Positions 30,056-40,223 of a DNA stretch of 64,000 bases are shown one piece after another. Numbering within the stretch: the first letter of the stretch is position 1; each line of letters starts with the position of its first letter. The stretch comes from Calditrichia bacterium (GTDB lineage: Bacteria > Calditrichota > Calditrichia > RBG-13-44-9 > J075), in contig JBOEGD010000015.1 in NCBI GenBank assembly GCA_050633245.1, forward strand, positions 37,285 to 101,284. Reading direction: 5' to 3'. A program made the position numbers and the translations under genes. Below the pieces are notes generated by a model that had not been told where the DNA came from, did no database searches, and saw only the letters and a program-made list of their open reading frames with translations.

Positions 30056-31174
30056 TTACAGCAATTTCATTTTTTTATACTGTAAGGGGGTCATGCCGGT
30101 GTGCTTTTTAAAAGAGGCATTAAATACAGACTTACTATTAAAACCAGATTCATAGAGTATCTCAAGTACAGTTTGATCTTGATTCTCTTTGTTGGATAAA
30201 AGAAGCTTAGCCTCCTCAATACGGTGATAATTAACATAATCATAAAAGTTTTTAGTGAAGGAATTGTTAATCACATGAGATAAATATCGAGGAGAGATCG
30301 AAAGCTTTTCTGCCAGTTGGTTGAGTGTCAGGGTTGGATTAAGGTAGGGTTTTTCATTTTTCATCACGCTAATCAGTCTATTTAAATACTCAATCCGGGT
30401 TGCCTCAGGTAGAAATGGTTTATTTTTTTGTTTATTTTTGGTAAGTCCTGTAAATATTTCCGGTTGTTTTAATCCTTTATATACAATAAGGTTTGCAAAA
30501 CTGAATAGTAAAACAATCGAAACACCGTCCAAATAAAAAGATCTATACCCGACCACCTGAACTATAAAATCAACTGCCGCAGTGCCCCAAAGAATTATGA
30601 AGCCGATAACAATTAATCGCAACCAGGTCAATTTTATTTTTTCAATAGAAGAATAAAGCTTTTTCAGTTCAATTTCAAAATCTGAAAGGATATAGATTGT
30701 CGCTATGCTGTAAAAAATGAAATGTAAGTATATCGCCGCGACAACAATAATATACTCTGGAAATGAGAGCACATTATCATTCAAGAGGTCTATTTTTGTC
30801 TCAGATGAATAAAGATGAAACTGTAATGACATAAAACTCAGATGGATAAGAAATGGGATCAGATGAAGGAGATGGGGTGTTTTTAAAGTGAAATCTTTGT
30901 ATGCTAGTGATTTGGCGTAAAGAAACAGTGCTGGTCCGAGTAAAAAATCGAATGATTCACCTATATAAAACAGATGCGGCGAAATGGCTGTAAAAGTGTC
31001 TTTGAACCGAAATGTCAAGTAATGCAAGAAACATAATGCTTTGGAAAATAGGAAAATTGAAAACAGCACGTTACTTAGAATATTACCTTTTTTAAGAGTC
31101 ATTAAAAAAAAGGAAAAAAATAGGAATTGAAAAATTGTTATGAATATGAAAACATCGTAAAAGCTTAACTCCAT
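30056..31174 (-). CDS. Membrane-bound AraC-family regulator
   Basis: TM sensor domain plus 'KPYLNPTLTL', 'VNYHRIEEAK', 'GFNSKSVFNASFKK.TGMTP'. Confidence 0.92.
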   Translation of the reverse strand: MELSFYDVFIFITIFQFLFFSFFLMTLKKGNILSNVLFSIFLFSKALCFLHYLTFRFKDTFTAISPHLFYIGESFDFLLGPALFLYAKSLAYKDFTLKTPHLLHLIPFLIHLSFMSLQFHLYSSETKIDLLNDNVLSFPEYIIVVAAIYLHFIFYSIATIYILSDFEIELKKLYSSIEKIKLTWLRLIVIGFIILWGTAAVDFIVQVVGYRSFYLDGVSIVLLFSFANLIVYKGLKQPEIFTGLTKNKQKNKPFLPEATRIEYLNRLISVMKNEKPYLNPTLTLNQLAEKLSISPRYLSHVINNSFTKNFYDYVNYHRIEEAKLLLSNKENQDQTVLEILYESGFNSKSVFNASFKKHTGMTPLQYKKMKLL

Positions 31175-31647
31175 TTCGTCATAGTCCTTCTAGAATATTT
31201 TGCTCTTCAAAGGTTTTTTCCATATTCTATTCACACTTATTGCCGAAATATTCAAACTTAAGTGCTTGAATAAATAATTCGGTAATTAAAGATGATCCCC
31301 CTGAGGGATGTCGAAAGGCCTCCGAATGTGCTTTAGGACTTTAACTTCGCTCAGTTTACATAAATGGAAATGCAATTCTGTCGAATAATCTTGTCGCACT
31401 ACTTAAATCATAAGATTTTCTCAAATACCGGATTCTCTATTACATAGTGGCTGAGCATCAAATATTAGATATAGTAGACCTAGAATCAGTATACAAGGTA
31501 TACTTTTTCTGCACTACGAAGTATTAACAAGTATTGTTCCAAGTTGTTAAACCCCAGCCGCAAGTATTCAAAGAAAATATTGAAGGAGCCTGGTTACCCT
31601 CAAAGACCGCAGACTGGTTTTCGAAACAGTTTAAACACTAGAAAAAC

Positions 31648-32066
31648 TCACACCCCCCTATCCAGCCCACGATACTGAATCGCTTCCCCAACATGATCGG
31701 GCAGGATCTTTTCTCTTTCTGCCAGATCGGCAATAGTGCGGCTAACCTTGAGAATGCGGTACTAGGCCCGCGCTTAGAGTCCCAGACGCAATGGCTGCAC
31801 GTAGCAGCTTCGAGCCCTCTGCGTCGATTTTGCAAAACTTACGGATCTCTCGCGGCTACATGTCTGCATTGCAGAAGAGGTGCTTTTGATCTTTGAAGCG
31901 AGCAGTTTGCAGTTCGCGGGCGGCCTGGACGCGGGCTCGGATGACATCCGACGATTCACCTCCCGCCTGCCCGGCAAGCTTGTCGTAGGCAACTGCCGGG
32001 ACTTCGACGTGAATATCGATCCGGTCTAAGAGCGGACCGCTAAATACGCTGCATATAGCGTCGCAC
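31648..32066 (-). pseudogene. comM: comM (YifB Mg-chelatase-like AAA+) 3' relic no. 1
   Basis: VRRYMQRI/SGPLLDRIDIHVEVPAV...ESSDVIRARVQAARELQ.ARF...NADM*...LS../[13 protein letters not shown]...[15 protein letters not shown], with stops and frameshifts. Confidence 0.9.
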
Positions 32067-32285
32067 CATGCAGTTGTTACTACAAAGGAAGTAAGTGTAG
32101 TAAGATCAGGAGGTAGGTTTTCAAGACATTCGAGAATTGATAAACTACTTTGAAGAATTCCTCAGGACATCAAAGGAAGTGAAGAGCTTTAAACATATAC
32201 AATGCCAGAACCCATTTCGCCCAAAAAAATGCGTTGGTGAATCATGACGAGGACTATTTCTATTTTACGGTGGCACTATTTTTCG
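32063..32285. repeat. Island end/att arm, copy 1
   Basis: GCAC-CATGCAGTTG..TACAAA..TAAGTGTAGTAAGATCAGG block plus TATTTCTATTTTACGGTGGCACTATTTTTCG (32255-32285), shared with 47500-47680 and 57573-57799. Confidence 0.75.
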
Positions 32286-32312
32286 AGGAGAGTACCCTGT
32301 TATCTAAAAATG

Positions 32313-32345
32313 AGAATTGCCAATAGGTTCACTATTGGCAATTCT
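32313..32345 (-). terminator. Rho-independent terminator of the S8 peptidase gene
   Basis: Perfect 14-bp stem AGAATTGCCAATAG/CTATTGGCAATTCT followed by CATTTTT on the minus strand. Confidence 0.8.
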
Positions 32346-32365
32346 GACCATTGCTAAAAAGTGAA

Positions 32366-34519
32366 TTAACTTACTTGAATAGTGACCTTCACCGGTCCTT
32401 TTTCAAGCACGGTATTTGCTTCACTCGCATTGTCTTCTACTTTCTTCGTCAGGGCTGGAGGCAAGATTGAATGATCATCTGAGCCCTGCATCGTCACGCT
32501 ATAGTTCTCTTCGAACGATTCTTCCTCGGAAGCGAAGCTCTCACCTGCTTCGGCGGGGCCTGTCATCGGTCGTGAAGGACGCCAATATGTATAATTCCAA
32601 CGGGCACTCCAACTATAGCGATAACGAGAACGATTGCCATGAGCCTTCAGCAACACATTCTCAAAGCGAATGTCATCTCCGGAGCCACCACCTGCAGTAA
32701 GACCGGGTTGCATAATTCCACTTGGATCTCCACGATAAGTGAAACGATCAATTTCATTACCGGCAGGGTTGAATGAGCGTAGTGTGAAGCTATTTATACG
32801 AATTCGGTTTAATCCGCTATTATACAATCGAAATAGCCGGAATCGCATATAGCATTCCTGCCCTCTGCCAAGGAACTGAAGGTTTAGACGTGTCTGATAC
32901 CATAGCCTTCTTGCCGCATGTGAAGCCTTAAGAGCATCGATCCTTCCCCACCCGTGCTCATCGTCTTTTCCACGAGGGCCTAAATCACGAGCTGATAAGC
33001 GCAAGATATCACGAACTTCCCACTGTCGTAGATTCGGGTCGACAGACAGCACAAGCGCAGCTACACCAGCAGCATTAGGTGTTGCTGAAGAGGTACCATT
33101 AAAGTTCCGCATGTAATTGCCGCTGGTGTATCCACCTGAACCTGTAATATCTGTCGTGTAAATGTGAACTCCCGGGGCAAGAAAATCCTGCTCAGGCCCA
33201 TAATTGCTTCCCCACCAGTTTTCTCCATCACGACTGGTTGTGCTCTTCCGCTGGTCCCATTCATTTGAAGCACCACAGGCTAACGATTCAGGGTATTTTG
33301 CAGGATAACTAATGTTTCTCGCATTTCGGTTACCCGAAGCTGAAACAACAACACAACCTTTGCCGCCTCTTCCACGAGTTTTCGCAAAGACAAAAGCGTT
33401 TCGAATAACAGAGCTATAGCTACCGCCGCCCCAGCTATTACTAATAACATCTGCCCCACGAATTACAGCCGTACGAATTCCTCTTGCAATCCAGGTAGTG
33501 CTGGTTGTCCAGGGGGCACCTGCTCGACGACTGTAAGCAATACGTACCGGAAGAATTTTGCATTTAGGCGCAACACCGGCAATTCCTCGCGAGTTTCCTG
33601 CTGTGGCAGCTGCAATACCTGCACAGGCGGTACCGTGTCCATCCCATCGGTTAGGGTTTTGATTATTATCGTTTCCAACCGCATCATAGGGAGTAACTAT
33701 TTTTCCAGAAAGATCAGGATGGCTGGTTTGAACACCTTCATCAACAATTGCAATTTTAATGGCAGGGCTTCCCTTACTTATGCGCCAGGCTTGCGGCACT
33801 CTCATCTTGCGCAATGCCCACTGGTTACGATATAGGGGATCATTTACAATGGCCTGAGAGTCTATTTGGCTGTCCTCAAGGCTTTCTGCAACCTCATTGT
33901 CAGGATCAACAAGCTCAATTTCCTCTTCTGCTACGTCGAACTCGCTTCCATTTGCTACGATAAATGCTGGCTGTTTCATTTGATAAAGCCAATCGGGTTC
34001 AGAATATTCTGTCAACTCACTCTGATGATAAATATTGGCCAACTCCAAGGCATCATGTTTCGACTTAGGCGTCACTCGCAGTAAATAACTGTTGGGACCC
34101 AGATCATCCTTTTCAACAATTTCTACCTTATACTTTTCATTCAGATCGTTAATTTCGGCTTCCTGAGCATCCGATTTAAACTGAACGCGGAATTGGGGAA
34201 CTAAAATCATCAATTCATCCGGGTCTCCATTGGGCATCTGAAAAACCGGGAACAGGCTTTCGACACCATCCTCTTCGGTCAATACCGAGGTAGCTTCTGA
34301 TACAACCTCATCCGAAGCGTCCGTATCAACGCCAACCAACATGACATCGAATGAATTTAGTTCTTCTGCCGATTCACCATTTTGCAAACCTTTACACTTC
34401 TCTACAACTCCCTTTAATTGGGAAATATCAGACTCATTGTTAATCTTTAAGGCCACATAGTTTTTTGAAGGGGAAAGTTCGATTTTTTCCTCTTCTGCAA
34501 AATAAAAATTATCAGACAT
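32366..34519 (-). CDS. S8 (subtilisin-family) serine peptidase with N-terminal prodomains and C-terminal extension
   Basis: Catalytic 'IVDEG', 'HGTACAG', 'GTSSATP'; oxyanion 'SASGN'; no signal peptide. Confidence 0.92.
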   Translation of the reverse strand: MSDNFYFAEEEKIELSPSKNYVALKINNESDISQLKGVVEKCKGLQNGESAEELNSFDVMLVGVDTDASDEVVSEATSVLTEEDGVESLFPVFQMPNGDPDELMILVPQFRVQFKSDAQEAEINDLNEKYKVEIVEKDDLGPNSYLLRVTPKSKHDALELANIYHQSELTEYSEPDWLYQMKQPAFIVANGSEFDVAEEEIELVDPDNEVAESLEDSQIDSQAIVNDPLYRNQWALRKMRVPQAWRISKGSPAIKIAIVDEGVQTSHPDLSGKIVTPYDAVGNDNNQNPNRWDGHGTACAGIAAATAGNSRGIAGVAPKCKILPVRIAYSRRAGAPWTTSTTWIARGIRTAVIRGADVISNSWGGGSYSSVIRNAFVFAKTRGRGGKGCVVVSASGNRNARNISYPAKYPESLACGASNEWDQRKSTTSRDGENWWGSNYGPEQDFLAPGVHIYTTDITGSGGYTSGNYMRNFNGTSSATPNAAGVAALVLSVDPNLRQWEVRDILRLSARDLGPRGKDDEHGWGRIDALKASHAARRLWYQTRLNLQFLGRGQECYMRFRLFRLYNSGLNRIRINSFTLRSFNPAGNEIDRFTYRGDPSGIMQPGLTAGGGSGDDIRFENVLLKAHGNRSRYRYSWSARWNYTYWRPSRPMTGPAEAGESFASEEESFEENYSVTMQGSDDHSILPPALTKKVEDNASEANTVLEKGPVKVTIQVS

Positions 34520-34735
34520 TTTAATACTCCGTAAATAAAATTATTGAGGATTGAAAGTTAGGGGATTATTTACACACAGCACTCAGCTGCTTACGAACCA
34601 CTTGGAAATAAGGAGTTTTGTATCTGTACTAAGGCCAAGACATAGCATCCTCCTTTCGGCTTAATTTTTAGAGTTTCAGGTACGGTATGTAGGTAACGTT
34701 TACACAAAACGACCATCTGTATTGCTTTCACTCTC

Positions 34736-34764
34736 TTATAAGACAAAAGCTGGATAACCGGACA
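34736..34764 (-). promoter_or_regulatory. Putative ECF-type promoter TGTCCG-N16-CTTATAA upstream of S8 peptidase
   Basis: Minus strand TGTCCG GTTATCCAGCTTTTGT CTTATAAG; spacing identical to three other copies. Confidence 0.7.
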
Positions 34765-35149
34765 AGTTTTCGAGATTTTCTTTAGGGGTGCTCTAAAGCA
34801 ATACGTATGGTTAGAAGGCATAAAAAGCGTAAAAAGGCTACTTGCGAGGAATTATCTTAACTTCTTAAAGTGCCCAAGAAGGGGATGCAATAGATACTGA
34901 TTAAAGTCAGATTGTGTGAAGTGAAACTTAAAAAGGTAAAAAGACCATCCCGGAGATTTAATGAACACGTCCTGAATTGCCAGTTTTTATCATAAAAAAA
35001 GCGTGATGACAATTAGAAACAGCCGAACTTTGAATCGTTATCTCTATATTGTCAACACGCATAAGTACAACGTCCAAAATCTTTCCAGTTGCGCACTCCT
35101 TATTAGGTAAAGTACTCCGTATTGACTGGTAGCTTATTTGGCAACAAGC

Positions 35150-36868
35150 TTACTCTTGACCCAGAATACATAAAGGGGCATTGTGCGTCAACCAAGTCCA
35201 AACTATCCTTGTGTCCTCAATGATAAACCGCGGCTCACCTGTAAAAAAGACGAGCTCAAGAATAGACTTTTCAGTCACCGGATCAAGATCAGAATCCTTG
35301 CTGGTAAACATAATCTGTTCCACTCCACTATGTCCTAAATGATCTAGTCCGAAGTAGTGTCCCAGCTCATGGATCAACACCCAACGAAACATATAGACTG
35401 GTTGTCTGTCTTTAAAAGTTACACCACTTTCCTGAACAGATACCGGTGGCCGCCACCACGATGCGTTGCCATTAAATGCATTATCGGAATATTTAAATAT
35501 TGCAATAACCGGTGGCTTACATAAGTCATCACCATTAGCATTTCGACCTATTCTTTGAAAAAGGCGAGTTTGATTCAATCGATCGACTGGGATTTCGTCA
35601 CTAAACCTAACCCGATACGCCTCGATCGGAACATTTTCAAGCCGTAAGCCCAATGTTCGCGCCTTACGTTGAGCCAACTTGTAGTATCGGTTGAACACTT
35701 GTTTGCTTATTGCAAAAATTTCGAATTCGGCAACCGACTCCCGGCCATAACTCAGATATGCATCAAGATCTCTCCAGGTTACCCGAACATTCGTGCCGCG
35801 GTAAACCACTTCTGTTGCAGGATGATTCAGTATTCCATTACCACAGCCTGTTGTGTATCCTGCCGCCTGGAAAAGGTTCAGAATTTTCTCCTGATGTAGC
35901 GCTCGCAGATCAATATTGTCCTGACGGGAGTTGATACTCATTCGCATAAGGTTCGGTGCTATTGACAAGCCCAATCTGGTACTTCCAAGTTGAATGTTTT
36001 CGCGTGCCATCTCACGTAAGTTTTCATCTTTAAAGGTCTGGGATATTGCAGCTTCAATGATTGCCTCAATTTGATCTAACTCTAGAATATCTCGCGCGCT
36101 ACCAAGGAAACCGCCGCCAATTCTTTGACCTGTGATAGAAATTGTACGCGCAATTGCTCCAACAGCACTGCTTCCTGCCTTGATAAGCCCACAAGGATCC
36201 AGACGCAAAACACCCAAAACCAGATTCTGAAGTATTTCTATCACGTTTCGTGTAAGATCCACCAGGCCTTCGAAAACATTGAACACCCATTTGATGAGTG
36301 ATGCCACAAAGAGGCCGATTATTCCAAAGCTTGATCCGAGATCTACAAAAAACTCTTCAGTAATATCAAGTAATTCAGAAACGGCGTCAACGATTTCGAC
36401 AGCGAGATCAAGGACATCTTCTATCACATCGGTTGCGATAAACCACAAGTCCGTAATGGACTTTAATGCACTTAGGGGGTCAGTTGGAAGGCAAATGATA
36501 AAATCTACCACCCATTTTGAAACGCGTACGATCGTCATTACAACAATACGCACAACTTCAATTACAATACGACAGACAAGTTCGACGAGCCATTCACCAA
36601 CAACCTGAATGACCCACTCAACGATTTTGGTAACCAAAACTGCCAGCCAGCAAAACCACTTGTTGCAACATGCACACCACCATTTACACTTCCTCCGTTT
36701 GCAGTTTCGTTCAAGACGCACACGCCACCTCTCTATTGGCCGACGTATCCTGCGTTCAACCCAACGCCGTGCTTCACTGCAGGCTTCGCGAGCTCGCTCA
36801 AAAGATCTGGCCACGGGAACTACTACATTTTCAGATACCCATTTTCCTACTTCCCTGCACACAGACAT
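35150..36868 (-). CDS. Cys/Trp-rich N-terminal, hydrophobic-helix protein with C-terminal zincin metallopeptidase domain
   Basis: 'CKRRKCKWWCACCNKWFCW' followed by a V/I/W-rich amphipathic stretch; 'HELGHYFGLDH' HExxHxxGxxH with a downstream Met (Met-turn); GGAGG RBS. Confidence 0.7.
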   Translation of the reverse strand: MSVCREVGKWVSENVVVPVARSFERAREACSEARRWVERRIRRPIERWRVRLERNCKRRKCKWWCACCNKWFCWLAVLVTKIVEWVIQVVGEWLVELVCRIVIEVVRIVVMTIVRVSKWVVDFIICLPTDPLSALKSITDLWFIATDVIEDVLDLAVEIVDAVSELLDITEEFFVDLGSSFGIIGLFVASLIKWVFNVFEGLVDLTRNVIEILQNLVLGVLRLDPCGLIKAGSSAVGAIARTISITGQRIGGGFLGSARDILELDQIEAIIEAAISQTFKDENLREMARENIQLGSTRLGLSIAPNLMRMSINSRQDNIDLRALHQEKILNLFQAAGYTTGCGNGILNHPATEVVYRGTNVRVTWRDLDAYLSYGRESVAEFEIFAISKQVFNRYYKLAQRKARTLGLRLENVPIEAYRVRFSDEIPVDRLNQTRLFQRIGRNANGDDLCKPPVIAIFKYSDNAFNGNASWWRPPVSVQESGVTFKDRQPVYMFRWVLIHELGHYFGLDHLGHSGVEQIMFTSKDSDLDPVTEKSILELVFFTGEPRFIIEDTRIVWTWLTHNAPLCILGQE

Positions 36869-36883
36869 TTCAAAGCCTCCTTT

Positions 36884-37333
36884 TTAGTTATTTTCTGATT
36901 CAAATAGCAGCGATAAATGATTCAGATCGCGCCTGATACCCAGTCGGGCAATGGATTTACCAATCATCTTACCTAATAGTGCTGAAGTAGTAACAACCAA
37001 GGCACCAACTGAAATGAATAGCGAAAGAGAAAAATATCCTTTTTCCAGAACAAATAGCAGGTAAGCAACCAGGAAGATCAGTGTGAATATTGATCCGGTT
37101 TGACAGCCGCAATCTCGCAGGTTGTTGTTAAATTGACCTGTCCACCGGCGTACTTCTGTCGGATTTATTTGTGGATGTTTAATTCGAATCTCATCAACAT
37201 TAAGCCTCCGAACCAAACTTATCTGATCTTGCAATTCCTGAATATCTGTCAGCGATGAAAGAAGCACGGTTTTGTGTTCATGATCGCCATTCGGTTGATG
37301 TGTGGAAGCATCCAGAACATCTTTCTGATACAT
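36884..37333 (-). CDS. Hypothetical 2-TM membrane protein with CGC motif
   Basis: 'DCGCQTG' followed by two hydrophobic helices; AAGGAG RBS. Confidence 0.65.
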   Translation of the reverse strand: MYQKDVLDASTHQPNGDHEHKTVLLSSLTDIQELQDQISLVRRLNVDEIRIKHPQINPTEVRRWTGQFNNNLRDCGCQTGSIFTLIFLVAYLLFVLEKGYFSLSLFISVGALVVTTSALLGKMIGKSIARLGIRRDLNHLSLLFESENN

Positions 37334-37351
37334 TTTAATCTCCTTTGTAAA

Positions 37352-37381
37352 GCTACCGGCCGAATATCCTCGGCCGGTAGC
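37352..37381 (-). other. Intra-operonic GC-rich hairpin (attenuator or mRNA stabiliser)
   Basis: GCTACCGGCCGA-N6-TCGGCCGGTAGC perfect 12-bp stem between two co-directional genes. Confidence 0.6.
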
Positions 37382-37390
37382 AAACTTCGA

Positions 37391-37924
37391 TCACGGAAAG
37401 TTAATTGTGACGGTCGGAGAGGTTACAATGTGCCCGTGAAAATTCTCGACAGTAACCCACATCTGATAGCGAATGCGATCGAAACTGCCAAGCCCAGCAT
37501 CTAAATCCATTTTATGAGTGATTCTTCGTATTGTTGGCACCTGATCACCAACACCTGCCCCGGTATTATTTTCTTTAAAAGGCCGCCCTACTAGTCCGGG
37601 TCCCTGAACCACACCGGTTTTGAATTTGGTAACGCTTCTCCAAAGCTCGATTTTTTTCACCCCACCGTCTTTATCGGTACCACCGACCAGAATGTTTGCA
37701 AAGTCAGCATTTGTGGATAGTGTTGCGGCCTGAGATGCCTGAGTTAGGTCGATAGCAGCATCATTAGGATCATCTGTCGTAACAATGAACCGTAATGTTG
37801 GGGGCGTCGAATCGCTTGCCGGGACCGTAACCTTGGCAGACTCACTACTACACTTACTTCCCTGTAGAATCAAAAAGGACATTAGGCCTAACAGCACTAC
37901 CAGCATTCTGAGTAGGAATTTCAT
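37391..37924 (-). CDS. Hypothetical lipoprotein with Ig-like fold
   Basis: Hydrophobic signal ending 'QGSKC'; 'DSTPPT', 'DKDGGVKKI', 'ENFHG'. GGAG RBS favours ATG 37924. Confidence 0.6.
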   Translation of the reverse strand: MKFLLRMLVVLLGLMSFLILQGSKCSSESAKVTVPASDSTPPTLRFIVTTDDPNDAAIDLTQASQAATLSTNADFANILVGGTDKDGGVKKIELWRSVTKFKTGVVQGPGLVGRPFKENNTGAGVGDQVPTIRRITHKMDLDAGLGSFDRIRYQMWVTVENFHGHIVTSPTVTINFP

Positions 37925-37973
37925 ATTGCTCTCCATTAATCATAGATTTTCAAGCTTACTTAGCCTGTAGAAT

Positions 37974-39431
37974 TCACTTTTTTAGATAACTGTCTGCAAC
38001 CTTTTTTAGTTGCCGACATAGATCAGCCTGTTTAGAGATCACCTCCAATGCTTCGGGAACTGCTTTCGAAAAACACTCATCAACAAAATCAAGGTCCACA
38101 ACATCTTCCGGACAGCTCGCTTTCAGGTTCCGTTCAAGAACCGGTTTTATTGCGCTTGCCAAAACAAGATCCTCAAGCGGCAATGGAATGCGCAATTCCT
38201 GTTTTGGTCCCGGATCTGGATGGATAAGTTTAAAGTCTGCAAACATCTTGGGTGGTAAAATATCCAGGATCCATTGACGAATAAGACACTGGGGTGCAAA
38301 TTGCCCGATGGCATCCTTAGCCAATCCACCGAAAAACCAGGGAGTAAGAATTTTGGGATCGAGCATCACTAAAGGATCTCTCCATGAAGCAAAAACAACG
38401 ATTCCATTACGCATTGACGATTGTTTCGATTTTGGAGCAAGCCAGGCAGCCACATTCATAAAATATTGCTCTATTGTTGACAGATGTGTCATTCCAACCG
38501 GCGTGGCAGCAAAACCATCAAGATTGATATCAAACCAGTGGTGCCAGGTAGAATCAGCAACAATTCGCCCCACGTCTGCACTGTGACCATTGTATACGCT
38601 CACCAGACCAACTTCACGGCCGACATCGGCATCCGGAGCTTCGATTCTTCCCCATGCCACAACCTCTACTTTCGGCTGATATCCACTCTTCGTAGGCCAT
38701 TCTGAGTTTGGGTAAGTTGTCGGAGCAATTGCCTCACCTTCATGCTGGTGGTCAGGAAAAACTCTTATCGGGCCGTTTTTTCCACACAAAATGGGGTGTG
38801 GATATTTTCGTGTACACAGGGTCGGACTCCAACGCCAAGTCGGATAGTATTTAAGGCGAACCCGCTGGGGCTCATCATCGCTCTGATCTGTGAAATTGTA
38901 ATTCGAATCCGTTCCGGATCGCAGTGTATTATTCCACTCCCCCGTTCTTGCTGCCGGAGCAGGATACATTCGCATTGTTCCAGCACGTTTTATAGAGCCG
39001 GCAATTCCTTTACCGAGGGAAGCGTGGTCACCTGTATGCAATACGCCACCACCATTGTCCATAAAATCATGTACAACGTTTAATTCATCAGCTGATAGTA
39101 AATCTCGGGATGAAATTCCGAAAAGCCAGAGTTCATCAAACTTTTCCAAATCGATTTCATCGAGAGTTTTGTTGTCCATATCTGCCGATGGATCAGAATT
39201 TCGGTGAATGAGCGTCACCTTAAACTTTACCCACGGCCATGGATCAGATTGAAGTGCTGCAATTACCCGCTGCAATCCATCAAAACTGCCCCCGTTAAAT
39301 CTGATCGATCCTTCTGCATATATTGCTATTCTGACTATTGCCGGGACTCGAAACCATGGGAAGTTTCTTAAATCAATCACTCTGTGACGTTCAATTAATC
39401 CCGGTAATAACTTCTTCCATCTTAATTCCAT
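37974..39431 (-). CDS. Hypothetical protein with class I GATase/ThuA-like fold
   Basis: 'FDELWLFG...LSADEL.VVHDFMDNGGGVLHTGDH', 'GRIVADSTWHHWFDIN'; no signal peptide. Confidence 0.6.
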   Translation of the reverse strand: MELRWKKLLPGLIERHRVIDLRNFPWFRVPAIVRIAIYAEGSIRFNGGSFDGLQRVIAALQSDPWPWVKFKVTLIHRNSDPSADMDNKTLDEIDLEKFDELWLFGISSRDLLSADELNVVHDFMDNGGGVLHTGDHASLGKGIAGSIKRAGTMRMYPAPAARTGEWNNTLRSGTDSNYNFTDQSDDEPQRVRLKYYPTWRWSPTLCTRKYPHPILCGKNGPIRVFPDHQHEGEAIAPTTYPNSEWPTKSGYQPKVEVVAWGRIEAPDADVGREVGLVSVYNGHSADVGRIVADSTWHHWFDINLDGFAATPVGMTHLSTIEQYFMNVAAWLAPKSKQSSMRNGIVVFASWRDPLVMLDPKILTPWFFGGLAKDAIGQFAPQCLIRQWILDILPPKMFADFKLIHPDPGPKQELRIPLPLEDLVLASAIKPVLERNLKASCPEDVVDLDFVDECFSKAVPEALEVISKQADLCRQLKKVADSYLKK

Positions 39432-39485
39432 GAGACTCTCCTTACTGATTGGATAGGTAGTTAGTTGTATTTCGTCTTCTCCCTC

Positions 39486-39514
39486 TTATAGAATAAAATC
39501 TACCAGGACGGACA
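39486..39514 (-). promoter_or_regulatory. Putative ECF-type promoter TGTCCG-N16-TCTATAA for the 39431->35150 operon
   Basis: Minus strand TGTCCG TCCTGGTAGATTTTAT TCTATAAG, 55 nt upstream of ATG 39431. Confidence 0.75.
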
Positions 39515-39760
39515 ATTTTTTTGAAATTCACTAACGAAGAAGCCTTTATTTGCCGGATTGGCAATGGAAATTTTTTAGACGGGGTTAATAGAATTGTGTT
39601 GTTTAAATGTTTCTTTAGAACTTTCACAAATGAAGTAGAAGGAGAAGGAACTAAGAGGCAGGAACAGGTATTTATTCCGAAACAAGGGATAGATGATTGT
39701 TGACAAGCATATTCACATCAATGAATAAATATCAACAAAAAAAGCAGTTCTATTGTTAAA

Positions 39761-39788
39761 GTCCGGAAAAAACCATAGATTATCATAA
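39761..39788 (+). promoter_or_regulatory. Weaker copy of the GTCCG-N16-(YY)TATAA motif
   Basis: GTCCG GAAAAAACCATAGATT ATCATAA; near-direct repeat of the 39856 copy. Confidence 0.45.
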
Positions 39789-39855
39789 TTCTTACTCCCC
39801 TCCACGATCGCTGAACATGTTGTTTTTAATATATTTTTAGCTTTTCAAAAAAGTT

Positions 39856-39884
39856 TGTCCGAAAAAACCAAAATTCTTCTATAA
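39856..39884 (+). promoter_or_regulatory. Putative ECF-type promoter TGTCCG-N16-TCTATAA for 40224/CHAT unit
   Basis: TGTCCG AAAAAACCAAAATTCT TCTATAAC. Confidence 0.7.
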
Positions 39885-40223
39885 CTGATTGAATTCATAG
39901 TCTGCACCGTCATTATCACAGGCTTTTGAAATTATTATACAGGATGTCAGGGATTTTTTTTGAGCAGATTTTGTGGGGATATCAGTCGTATTCACCGCTG
40001 TCTAATTTTTCCAATTCCTTCAATTAGGGATAGGGATTAGATTTACGACTATATTTTCTTATAGACTTGGCTTAAAGTTGAGGCAATTTTTATTTATTAT
40101 ATTGTCACCGCTCAGCCAGAATTCTACTTAGCGTAGATAGTGCTCCCCCCTGCTTCCAAAATTTCAATGCCTTAAGCAGTTTGTGATTGATGACTTACTC
40201 AATCATATGGAGGAAAGAAAGCA

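Noticed and set aside
5000-31200. Integron cassette array explaining the many small unrelated genes
   Set aside because: Genes alternate in orientation, many have their own regulators, and I could not find repeated attC-like RYYYAAC...GTTRRRY structures or an integron integrase.
31638-31992. Short ORFs 31638-31835, 31693-31896 and 31774-31992
   Set aside because: Alternative frames across the comM pseudogene.
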